This document shows positions 25,093-33,341 of a stretch of 64,000 nt of DNA, piece after piece. Source of the DNA: a virus. The DNA lies in the IMG/VR virus record IMGVR_UViG_3300045988_112440; one strand, 5' to 3'. The position numbers were made by a program, and so were the translations under genes. The notes beneath the pieces are model-generated. The model was given only the letters and a program-made list of their open reading frames with translations. It was not told the DNA's origin and ran no database searches. Every line of letters begins with the position of its first letter. Positions within the stretch are counted from its first letter, which is position 1.

Positions 25093-25169
25093 GGGATAGT
25101 AGCTCAGTTGGTCAGAGCTGGCGGCTCATAACCGCTTGGTCGCGAGTTCAAATCTTGCCTGTCCCACCA
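25093..25169 (+). tRNA. tRNA-Met(CAT) elongator type (or Ile2 if lysidine-modified), CCA encoded
   Basis: Acceptor GGGATAG/CTGTCCC; anticodon loop CTCATAA; T loop TTCAAAT; pair 1-72 is G-C, so it is not an initiator. Confidence 0.85.
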
Positions 25170-25205
25170 GCCCAATAGGGTATACATAAAATTTTTGTTT
25201 TATAA

Positions 25206-25248
25206 GCGATGAAATAATATGACGTTGATACGTCTATTATTTTTTCGC
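25206..25248 (+). terminator. AT-rich imperfect hairpin after the tRNA array (weak terminator candidate)
   Basis: GCGA..AAATAAT..GACG-loop-CGTC..ATTATTT..TCGC, then TCATTTT. Confidence 0.3.
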
Positions 25249-25263
25249 TCATTTTCGGAGATT

Positions 25264-25284
25264 TAGCTATGTAACACAGGATAC
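25264..25284 (+). promoter_or_regulatory. 21-nt conserved element, forward copy
   Basis: TAGCTATGTAACACAGGATAC, with 17 nt between it and the MTase GTG. Confidence 0.7.
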
Positions 25285-25301
25285 TAAAAGGAGGTGGTTT
25301 G

Positions 25302-26841
25302 GTGAAACATTATGGAAGTATTTGCGAGATTGATGGTTCTAAGATTGAGCCTGTCTCGTGTATCACTGGTGGTTCACCTTGTTAGCCAAGACCTTTCTAT
25401 TGCCGGTAAGCGGGCAGGTTTGGCTGGAGAACGGTCTGGTCTATTTATGGAAATGATTCGTGTGATAAAGGAAATGAGGGATGCCACCAATGGAGAATGT
25501 CCAAAATTTGCAATCTGGGAAAATGTTAGAGGAGCACTTTCCTCAAACAACGGAGAAGACTTCCGATGCGTCTTGGAAGAATTTGCACACATCGTCGAAG
25601 CAGACGCTACAATTCCTAAACCTTCGGGAAAAGGCGGAAAATGGTCTAAATCCGGCGCAATTTCCGGTAATGGATGGTCTTTGGCATGGAGACTCTTTGA
25701 TGCTCAATATTGGGGAGTGCCCCAACGTCGTCAAAGAATCGCGCTTGTCATGGATTTTAGAGGACAACGTGCCGCAGAAATACTATTTGAGCGCACGGGC
25801 GTGCCAGGGAATCCTGACGAGAGCATCCCGACGTGGCAAAGCTTTGCCAGAATTACTGAAGAATGCACTGCTAAAGATGATCGAGTGGTGGGAGAAAAAA
25901 GCTTTTGTATTGTCGGAAACATGATTGACAGAGAAACCAATATGAACGGGACTGGTGTAAAAGAAGATACTGCTTTTACTATAAACACTATTGACCGTAA
26001 TGCTGTTGCCTATACTTTAAAGATTCGTTCAGGATGCGAAGGTGGTGGCAAAGGCGCACTGGTACAGACCGAGAAGAGTGCAACGCTTTCTACATTGCAA
26101 GATCAAACGCTAATCTGCTTGGCAGACAACACCTCTTTACATAATTTAAAACAAAAGATTTGTGTCTTGAATGATCAGGGCGGTAGTGTAATGAATGTTT
26201 CTTACGATATTGTAGGAACAATAAGAGCACAAGAGCATGGTCATCAACCAATTGTATTTGAGAGCCATAGTCAAGATGCTCGATACACCCAGCAAGGTAA
26301 TACAAGTCCGGCTTGTACGGCTCAATGGGGAACTGGTGGCAATAATATGCCGCTTGTTGCCGAAAAGAAAGCCTTTGCAATGCAACGCATTGGTGAATAC
26401 AAGGAAAGTGAACAAGCTAGTACGATGAAATCTCGTGACTACAAGGATGCTACTGACTTGATTGCAGAGAAGGAAACGAAGAATCTGCAATGGATTGTTC
26501 GTCGCCTGACTCCTGTTGAGTGTGAACGGTTACAGGGTTTTCCTGATGGATGGACCGATATTGGCGAGTGGTTTGATGAGAATGGTAAAAAGCACAAACC
26601 TGCCGATTCTCCTCGTTACAAAGCACTCGGTAATTCAATCGCTTTGCCTCAGTGGTATTGGATTTTCCAGAAAATGAAACCGTATATCGGTGAAAATCCC
26701 ACGCTTGGCAGTCTTTTCGATGGAATTGGTGGCTTTCCGCTTGTCTTTGAAAGTATGTATGGTGATGGTGCTGCTATCTGGGGATCAGAGATTGAACCGT
26801 TCTGCGTTGCAGTAACGAAGAAGCATTTCCCAGAAGACTAA
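25302..26841 (+). CDS. dcm: C5 DNA cytosine methyltransferase with circularly permuted motif order, disrupted at the catalytic PCQ motif (needs a +1 shift at 25383, or is a pseudogene)
   Basis: AGGAGG RBS, then GTG 25302 gives VKHYGSICEIDGSKIEPVSCITGGSPC-TAG. The +1 frame continues SQDLSIAGKRAG, ENV (FAIWENVRG), QRRQRI, a long TRD, RRLTPVECERLQGFP and LGNSIA. Motif I/II (LFDGIGGF..SEIEPF..KKHFP) then sits at the C-terminus. Confidence 0.8.
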
Positions 26842-26878
26842 ATCTCATAAAAGGCTAATTCAAATAAGAGGTGACACG

Positions 26879-27085
26879 ATGAACAGCAAAATTCCTGTCA
26901 ATGCAACCATCGATCCTGGCTCTTTGAGTATTCCGGCAAGTCCTATCTTCCAAAAGGAAAAGAATACATATCTTTGTCCGTTTTGTGTGACGAAGCTGGA
27001 GAAGTTCGAGCGTGAATGTTCTGATTGTCATCGCAAGATGGATTGGAGTAGGTTTACTGAAAAGAAGGAGGAGATGTTCACTTGA
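26879..27085 (+). CDS. zinc-ribbon small protein
   Basis: CPFC..x..CSDC; GAGGTGA RBS. Confidence 0.55.
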   Translation: MNSKIPVNATIDPGSLSIPASPIFQKEKNTYLCPFCVTKLEKFERECSDCHRKMDWSRFTEKKEEMFT

Positions 27086-27360
27086 ATATAGATTTCTTCC
27101 AACGGCGCAAGACTCAGCTTGAGGATACTCTTCTTTTGAAAAATCAGGCGGTCGATATGCTTGATTATCTAAAGACGCATTGTATCAATAGCGACCAGTA
27201 TTGTACCATTCGGGATTACATTGAAGAAGCTGCTAAGATTCTGGAGAGTGACCTCGAATACGCAAACAACAAGTTGCAATCCGCATTCAGACCTAAGTAT
27301 GGTCGGAACAACAGACTGACTCGTGTTCAATCTAAAATGTTCCGTGATAGAGAATATTAA
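27082..27360 (+). CDS. hypothetical protein (TTG start)
   Basis: AGGAGGAG lies 8 nt before the TTG. Confidence 0.5.
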   Translation: MNIDFFQRRKTQLEDTLLLKNQAVDMLDYLKTHCINSDQYCTIRDYIEEAAKILESDLEYANNKLQSAFRPKYGRNNRLTRVQSKMFRDREY

Positions 27361-27378
27361 AAATGGGGTGATGCCGCT

Positions 27379-27597
27379 ATGGTGATAAGTAAACATGTAT
27401 GTAACTGGTGTGGCAAGGAATATTCCAAGAATCCTTGTGGAGATACAATCTCTATGTATCACGAATTTGGTTATGAAAGCCCGACATGGGATGGTGCGAA
27501 GCTACAGTTCTCTTTGTGCCAGGAGTGCTCCGATAAGTTTGCAGGAGTACTCCGAGCGATGTTTACATACGATCCCATTGAAGATTCTCAGTGTTAA
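27379..27597 (+). CDS. zinc-ribbon small protein
   Basis: CNWCG..x..CQEC. Confidence 0.55.
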   Translation: MVISKHVCNWCGKEYSKNPCGDTISMYHEFGYESPTWDGAKLQFSLCQECSDKFAGVLRAMFTYDPIEDSQC

Positions 27598-27743
27598 CGA
27601 CCCGAAGGGTTGTTAAATATAAGCCATCAATAAACCAGACGGAGGATAATACATAAAATGAATAGTGCATGAATTGATTCAAGACAATAAAAAGAGACAT
27701 AAGTGATTACAGATGAAACAAAATTACATAAAGGAGACTTGAT

Positions 27744-28844
27744 ATGGCAGATAGAATTTTTAATCTTCCTCAGACCCGTGGTTCTTTTGAGATGGCTGGT
27801 AAGGTCACCGGCACCCAGCGTAGTAACTTCTACAACGAGAAGGAGACTAAGAGTGGTGCTATGCGCCGTGTCCTGAGCTTTGGCGTTCAGACCTCTAACG
27901 AAAACACTTTTTATGTTGATCTGGCTGGTATGCCTCGTGATAAGGTTTACTTCTTCCGCCGTGCCGATAAGGACAAGGGTATCGAGAAGGATAAGAAGGA
28001 AGTCGCTTGGAAGGATCGTCTGACTTATGTTGCACCGGAAGGCTATGACATGATTGGTGTTAAGGTCGGTGTCACCAAGAAGACGAATGAGTCTGGTAAG
28101 GTCGTCAATGATAACAAGACTCTGACCGACTTCGATGCAGCTAAGGAAATCTCCGAGAACCTGCATGACGGTGACAATGTGTATGTCCGTGGCAATATCG
28201 AGTACAGCACTTACAACGGTAAGCACCAGATTCGCTTTGTTCCTACTCAGGTGTCTCTGAGTTCCAAGGAAATCGACTTCGATGCAGAGGGTTTCGAGGA
28301 GCTGGCTCTGTTTACTCAGACCGTTGTGTACACTGGTTGCCGCAAGAGCGATGAGGGCGATGAAGTAATTGTCGATGCCAAGATTGTGAATTACAACACC
28401 ATCGAGGACGCTGAGTTCTTCATTGACTATAAAGCAAACGCTCAGAATAAGGTTCTGGCCGATTCTATTCGTAAGCGTCTGAAGCCTTATACTAGCTTCG
28501 AGTGTTTTGGTCCCATCGTCAATCAGCAGAAGGTTGATGAAGTTGAGACTGAGAATATCTGGGGCGGTCCCAACAAAATGAAGCGTCAGGGAACTCAGGC
28601 AGTTCGCAAGCTGTATATCGAGGGTGTTAATCCTGATTCCTTTGATCCGAATCCCGGCGACAAGGATGCAGAGCCCACTTACACTGAGGACAATATCTCC
28701 GAGGCACGGGCAAAGATTGCTGCCAACACTCAGGCTAAGAAGGACTTTGACGGCAAGGCTGCTGAGAACGACACTTCTTGGTGGGGTGGTTCTAATAAGT
28801 CTACTGTAACTCCTGAAGATGAGGAAGATATCAACTGGGGCTAA
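27744..28844 (+). CDS. putative ssDNA-binding protein (OB-like core, acidic C-terminal tail)
   Basis: Position directly upstream of the Sak4-like ATPase; C-terminus PEDEEDINWG; strongly biased, higher-GC codon usage. Function inferred, not motif-proven. Confidence 0.45.
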   Translation: MADRIFNLPQTRGSFEMAGKVTGTQRSNFYNEKETKSGAMRRVLSFGVQTSNENTFYVDLAGMPRDKVYFFRRADKDKGIEKDKKEVAWKDRLTYVAPEGYDMIGVKVGVTKKTNESGKVVNDNKTLTDFDAAKEISENLHDGDNVYVRGNIEYSTYNGKHQIRFVPTQVSLSSKEIDFDAEGFEELALFTQTVVYTGCRKSDEGDEVIVDAKIVNYNTIEDAEFFIDYKANAQNKVLADSIRKRLKPYTSFECFGPIVNQQKVDEVETENIWGGPNKMKRQGTQAVRKLYIEGVNPDSFDPNPGDKDAEPTYTEDNISEARAKIAANTQAKKDFDGKAAENDTSWWGGSNKSTVTPEDEEDINWG

Positions 28845-28858
28845 AAATTTTTTGCTTT

Positions 28859-28879
28859 TAACTAAGTGACACAGGATAC
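28859..28879 (+). promoter_or_regulatory. 21-nt conserved element, forward copy
   Basis: TAACTAAGTGACACAGGATAC, with 36 nt between it and ATG 28916. Confidence 0.65.
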
Positions 28880-28915
28880 CAATAAAAGAAAAGATTTAGA
28901 GAGGAATTTACATAT

Positions 28916-30076
28916 ATGGCTATTGTTTGTGATGCATCTGCTATTCGTAAGAAGCTTCGTATGCTTGTGTATGGCGAGCAGGGAACTGGTAAGTCTCGAT
29001 TTGCTATGCAGTTCTGCTACATGAAGACTCCTGAAGGTCGTCCGTTCCGTGTTCTGTATCTGGATACTGAGTCTGGTTCTATCGACGATTATCGTGAGGA
29101 ACTGATGGAGAATGGGCTCGACCCGATGAATCTCCGTATCGTTTACACTCAGTCTCTCGCAGAGGTACAGGATTTCATTCATACCGTTGCTGACAACGAG
29201 GACTTCGAAGATGAGGATGGTAATGTTTGGCTGGACGCTGACGGTAAGCCTTTCCGTGCCGATGCTATCGTTGTTGACTCCGCAACCATTCTTAATCTGA
29301 CTACGAAACAGGGCTTGACCAATTTCTCGCAGAAGCGTGCAAAAGTTAAGGCTGCAGCACAGGGTCTGACCGGTGATGAGAAGTCGGTGAAGATTGAGGG
29401 TGCTGGTATGGAGTTGAAGGATTATCAGCAGCTGAACTTTAAGGGTCAGTCCCTGATTCTTGATCTGAATGCAACTGGCGTGAGCTACATCGTTATTTGC
29501 CGTGAGAAGGATGAGACTGAAACCAAGCTGGTGAATGGTTCTTCTGTGAGCGTTTCTACTGGCCGCAAGATTCCTGATGGCTTCAAGGGCCAGGAGTACA
29601 ATGTCGGCACCGAGTTCCGTATGTACCATCCCGGCGATGATAAGTCTATCAACTTTGCTTATTTTGATAAGGATCGTACAGGTGTTCATAATGGCGGTGA
29701 GGTTGTCGAAGACCTGACTCTGCTTGAGTATCAGGAGTATCTTGACCGCTCTGCAAAGAACCGTGAGGTCATTATCAAGAATGGTCTGAATGATGCAGTT
29801 AAGACCGAGATGAAGCTTCGTGCTCGTGAACTTGGTCTTGATGACAATGACATCAGTGATGATGCTCCTGCAGAGAACGCCTCCGAATCCAAGGCGCCTT
29901 CTCTGGACGACATCAAGGCAAAGCTGAACGATCTGATTGCTTCCGCTTCTCCTGTGAAGAAGAGTGCAGCACAGAAGGCAGTTAAGGCGGCTGGTCTGTC
30001 TACCGCATTCCGTTCTATGACTGATATCGAGGAACTGAAGAAGGTTGCCGCAATCATGGAGAAGGAACTGGCTTAA
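28916..30076 (+). CDS. AAA_24 / Sak4-like RecA-fold ATPase (recombination/annealing accessory)
   Basis: Walker A LVYGEQGTGKS near the N-terminus; Walker B-like IVVDS; long low-complexity C-terminus. Confidence 0.65.
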   Translation: MAIVCDASAIRKKLRMLVYGEQGTGKSRFAMQFCYMKTPEGRPFRVLYLDTESGSIDDYREELMENGLDPMNLRIVYTQSLAEVQDFIHTVADNEDFEDEDGNVWLDADGKPFRADAIVVDSATILNLTTKQGLTNFSQKRAKVKAAAQGLTGDEKSVKIEGAGMELKDYQQLNFKGQSLILDLNATGVSYIVICREKDETETKLVNGSSVSVSTGRKIPDGFKGQEYNVGTEFRMYHPGDDKSINFAYFDKDRTGVHNGGEVVEDLTLLEYQEYLDRSAKNREVIIKNGLNDAVKTEMKLRARELGLDDNDISDDAPAENASESKAPSLDDIKAKLNDLIASASPVKKSAAQKAVKAAGLSTAFRSMTDIEELKKVAAIMEKELA

Positions 30077-30768
30077 TGGAACTTACCCGTAAATGCAAGA
30101 TTTGCGGGAAGAACATTTTCATCGAGCGAGACCGTAGCACTTTTTTTTACGACAAGACTGGTTTTTACCACAAGGATTGTTTTGTAGAAAAAAAGAAAAA
30201 TCAAAAACGCCCTTGGACAGATGACCTGCTAAGGGCATTTTTTGACAAAATGAAAGATACTACGGATAAAAAAGTCGATGATCTTCTTTCCAAAAAGAGA
30301 GAGCAAGACCACAATCGTGAGCTTGCGCATATCAAACAGGAAGAAAAAAAGATTCTTTTCGACCATATTCGAGATACATACGCCCCAGCGGTTGTTCCTG
30401 GCAGCTTCTACTCGAAACTTACGCAGTTAATTTCCGGTAATTATTACAAATATAGAGGTTCTATTCCTCCGCTAGAACTTTACGATATGTGGGTTCTAGC
30501 AAAACCCCGACTAGATAAAATAATTGCCGAGAAAGAAGCAAAGGGCTGTGATATGAGTCAGCGATGGAATTACGACTTGGCTGTTTTATTGGCTCAATAC
30601 CCTAGTTATCTCGAACGAAAAGAAAGACTTGCTTCGATTCGCAGTGAAAGCGAAGACAAAACGAAGGAAAATCTGACTGAAACGGTACTGAAACGGATGA
30701 AAACAGCACCGAAACAGAGTAAAAACGAGAATGAAATTGATATAAATGCAATTCTCGATGAGATATAA
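30076..30768 (+). CDS. hypothetical protein with N-terminal zinc finger (possible helicase loader/initiator)
   Basis: CKICGK..x..HKDC; sits between the ATPase and helicase genes. Confidence 0.5.
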   Translation: MELTRKCKICGKNIFIERDRSTFFYDKTGFYHKDCFVEKKKNQKRPWTDDLLRAFFDKMKDTTDKKVDDLLSKKREQDHNRELAHIKQEEKKILFDHIRDTYAPAVVPGSFYSKLTQLISGNYYKYRGSIPPLELYDMWVLAKPRLDKIIAEKEAKGCDMSQRWNYDLAVLLAQYPSYLERKERLASIRSESEDKTKENLTETVLKRMKTAPKQSKNENEIDINAILDEI

Positions 30769-30785
30769 AAGAGGGAGGTGGATGA

Positions 30786-32309
30786 GTGGAACTCATTTCA
30801 AATATCCCGAACGAAATTTTATTTGTTGGCGCAATTTACAAGCATCCTGACTATTTGGTCGAGTATGGGCATTATGTCAAGAGCAAGTACGATTTTGCCG
30901 ATGAAGCAACAAAATTTTTCTACGATGCAGCGTTGATTATTTACGAAACTAGGACTCAAGAATTTAATAAAACGTCTGTTTTAACGTTTATGGCTGAAGA
31001 CGAGTCCAGATTGTCCCAGTATAAGCGGCTGAAGGGCTGGTCAACCATCGAATACTACATGAGCCTTGCGAATGACGATGATATCAAGGGATACTTCAAT
31101 ATCCTGAAGAAATATTCGCTACTTCGTGAGTACCAGAGAAACGGATTTAACATTGAAGGAATCTTGAAGCATCGACAGTTTGAAATGTTTGGTGCTCAGG
31201 ACATTTACAAATTGATTCGTGGCAAGGCCGACAAGATCAACACGGTTATCATTACAAACGATGATGCTGAGATTTTGAATAATGGTCTGTTGCCAATGGT
31301 CAATGAACGTCTGAGTGTTCCTGATATGGGCTTGCCGTTCCAGTATCCTATCATGAATGATTTGTTCCGAGGATTGAAGCTGGGCACTGTGATGTTCAAT
31401 GGTATGCCATCTAACGCTGGTAAGACTAGATACATGATGGCAATTGTTGCCTACGTCACATTGGTTCAAAAGCAGAAAGCTCTTCTGTTGCTGAACGAGA
31501 TGGATCTTGAGTCCGTCCGGTATTGCTTACTGGTCACTGCCATCAATAATCCTGAGTTTCAAGAGCTGCATGGTCATCGCTTCCACAAGGATGAGCGAGA
31601 AATCACACTTGGAATGTACCGTGATGCAAATGGAAACTTCATCTTCCGAAAGCAAAACGAAGACGGAGAATACATAGAAAGTATTGACGAGTTCACCGCT
31701 CGTGTCTACGAGGAAAGCGAAGAGTATCGCAATGTGCTTGATGTTTGCCAGTGGATTGAGAGCGAATCACAAGGCTTGATTATCGCAAAAGATGTTTCTG
31801 CTGATTATAGTGATAAGTCCCTACGATTTGAAATCCAGAAGGCAGCTCTTACTCAGGGAGTTAAGTATGTGTTCTACGATACTCTAAAGAACGACATTGC
31901 ATCTATTGGTGAATGGGCAGCGTTTAAAGTCACAGCCACAGAGCTTGAAGAGATTGCGAAAAACCTGAAGATCTTTATCTATGGTAGTATCCAGTTGGCC
32001 GAAAACGCTCATGAGTATTTTCCTGATGAGCTGAATTCAAACAACATTGCTGAGTCAAAAATGATTAAGCATGTTGCTTGGACGATGGTTTTGTTCAAGG
32101 AGATTCCAAAAGATAAGTTCGCGAAGTATCAATACATCTCTTATGACCCTGAGTGGGGCGGTGACTGTGCCCATCGGCTGAATCCAGATAAGCGGTATTA
32201 CGTTGGAAATATCGATAAGAACCGTTTTGGTGAGAAAAAGAAAATCATGTTTGAAGTGAATTTGAACCAGAATGTCTGGAAAGAGGTCGGTGTCTGCACC
32301 AGAAAGTAA
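30786..32309 (+). CDS. dnaB: DnaB-like replicative DNA helicase (GTG start)
   Basis: GGAGG 8 nt before the GTG; Walker A GMPSNAGKT; DnaB-C-like layout. Confidence 0.8.
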   Translation: MELISNIPNEILFVGAIYKHPDYLVEYGHYVKSKYDFADEATKFFYDAALIIYETRTQEFNKTSVLTFMAEDESRLSQYKRLKGWSTIEYYMSLANDDDIKGYFNILKKYSLLREYQRNGFNIEGILKHRQFEMFGAQDIYKLIRGKADKINTVIITNDDAEILNNGLLPMVNERLSVPDMGLPFQYPIMNDLFRGLKLGTVMFNGMPSNAGKTRYMMAIVAYVTLVQKQKALLLLNEMDLESVRYCLLVTAINNPEFQELHGHRFHKDEREITLGMYRDANGNFIFRKQNEDGEYIESIDEFTARVYEESEEYRNVLDVCQWIESESQGLIIAKDVSADYSDKSLRFEIQKAALTQGVKYVFYDTLKNDIASIGEWAAFKVTATELEEIAKNLKIFIYGSIQLAENAHEYFPDELNSNNIAESKMIKHVAWTMVLFKEIPKDKFAKYQYISYDPEWGGDCAHRLNPDKRYYVGNIDKNRFGEKKKIMFEVNLNQNVWKEVGVCTRK

Positions 32310-32318
32310 GGAACTACA

Positions 32319-33341
32319 ATGGTAAATATCGCAGATCTGAAAAATTACATTCTTGAAGAACAACAGATTAAGCCGATTCTGGAGGAACTTGGGTGTCATC
32401 ACATCAGTCACAAGACTGGTTATTACCAGTGTGCAAATCCAGATGGTGACAATAGAACGGCACTTTGTATCTACGAGAATGAAAATCTTACTGCGGTAGA
32501 TTACACACGAGATATTGCCAATGGAAAGACCAGTTATGATTTGATTTCTGTCGTTCAGTTCTTTCTGGAACTGTCTTTTCCAAAAGCCATTAAGCAAATC
32601 TGCGAATGGGTTGGTCTTGACTACTATCACAACTTCGAGGAAGACCTTCCTAAAAGTATGTTGATTCTAAAAGAACTTATCGCCATGCAAAATGAAGGTG
32701 AAGAACACGAGGATGACCGTCCGATAGTCCCCATCTCCGAAGCCATCCTCGGTTATTACAAACCTTATGTGAACCAGATTTTTGCTGACGATGGGATATC
32801 TTATGAGACGCAGCAGGAGTTTGAGATTGGCTTTGATGAACTGACAAATAGAATCACGATTCCAATCAGAGATGAAATTGGCACTCTGGTTGGTGTAAAG
32901 GGAAGATACTTTGGTAAACCGCCTGAAGGTGAATTAAAGTATCTGTATCTTGAGCCGTGTGCCAGAAACCGTATTCTGTATGGCCTGTATAAGACAGAGC
33001 CGTACATTAAGAATAAAGGTCTGGTATATGTGGGTGAAGCTGAAAAGTCTGTTATGCAGATGTGGAACATGGATGTCTGCAACTGCGTAGCGACTGGCGG
33101 CAAGAAGGTTTCACAGAATCAAATTGAAATTTTGACACGTCTTTGCGTTGATATTTGTTTCGTCTTTGATAAAGACGTTCAGCTTAGTGAGCTTATGGTT
33201 CTCGCCAATCGATTCGTCGATGGCGTAAGTGTGTATGCTGTAGTAGATGATAAAGGGATTCTGGATGAAAAGGAAGCCCCAACTGATAATCCTGAAAAAT
33301 TTAAGGCATTGATTGAGAATTGTGTTAGGAGAATTAAATGA
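32319..33341 (+). CDS. dnaG: DNA primase (Toprim type)
   Basis: Toprim VGEAEKSVMQ and FVFDKDV acidic motifs; sits directly after the helicase. Confidence 0.75.
   Translation: MVNIADLKNYILEEQQIKPILEELGCHHISHKTGYYQCANPDGDNRTALCIYENENLTAVDYTRDIANGKTSYDLISVVQFFLELSFPKAIKQICEWVGLDYYHNFEEDLPKSMLILKELIAMQNEGEEHEDDRPIVPISEAILGYYKPYVNQIFADDGISYETQQEFEIGFDELTNRITIPIRDEIGTLVGVKGRYFGKPPEGELKYLYLEPCARNRILYGLYKTEPYIKNKGLVYVGEAEKSVMQMWNMDVCNCVATGGKKVSQNQIEILTRLCVDICFVFDKDVQLSELMVLANRFVDGVSVYAVVDDKGILDEKEAPTDNPEKFKALIENCVRRIK

Noticed and set aside
25312-26841. Taking ATG 25312 as the true MTase start (as in the ORF track)
   Set aside because: That start has no RBS, and the first ~25 residues (MEVFARLMVLRLSLSRVSLVVHLV) are an out-of-frame reading of the conserved ..EIDGSKIEPVSCITGGSPC segment. 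The RBS-supported GTG 25302 in the other frame encodes the catalytic motif.
27627-29689. Long minus-strand ORFs (27627-28226, 28862-29689; likewise 46533-47150, 51567-52136, 2779-3360, 21684-22250, 32055-32630, 49016-49588, 49943-50620)
   Set aside because: Each lies fully antisense to a + strand gene with clear family motifs (SSB-like, Sak4-like, ThyX, SPFH, Pnkp, helicase, NrdD). They lack RBS context and have low-complexity, Leu/Ser/Ile-rich translations typical of antisense frames.
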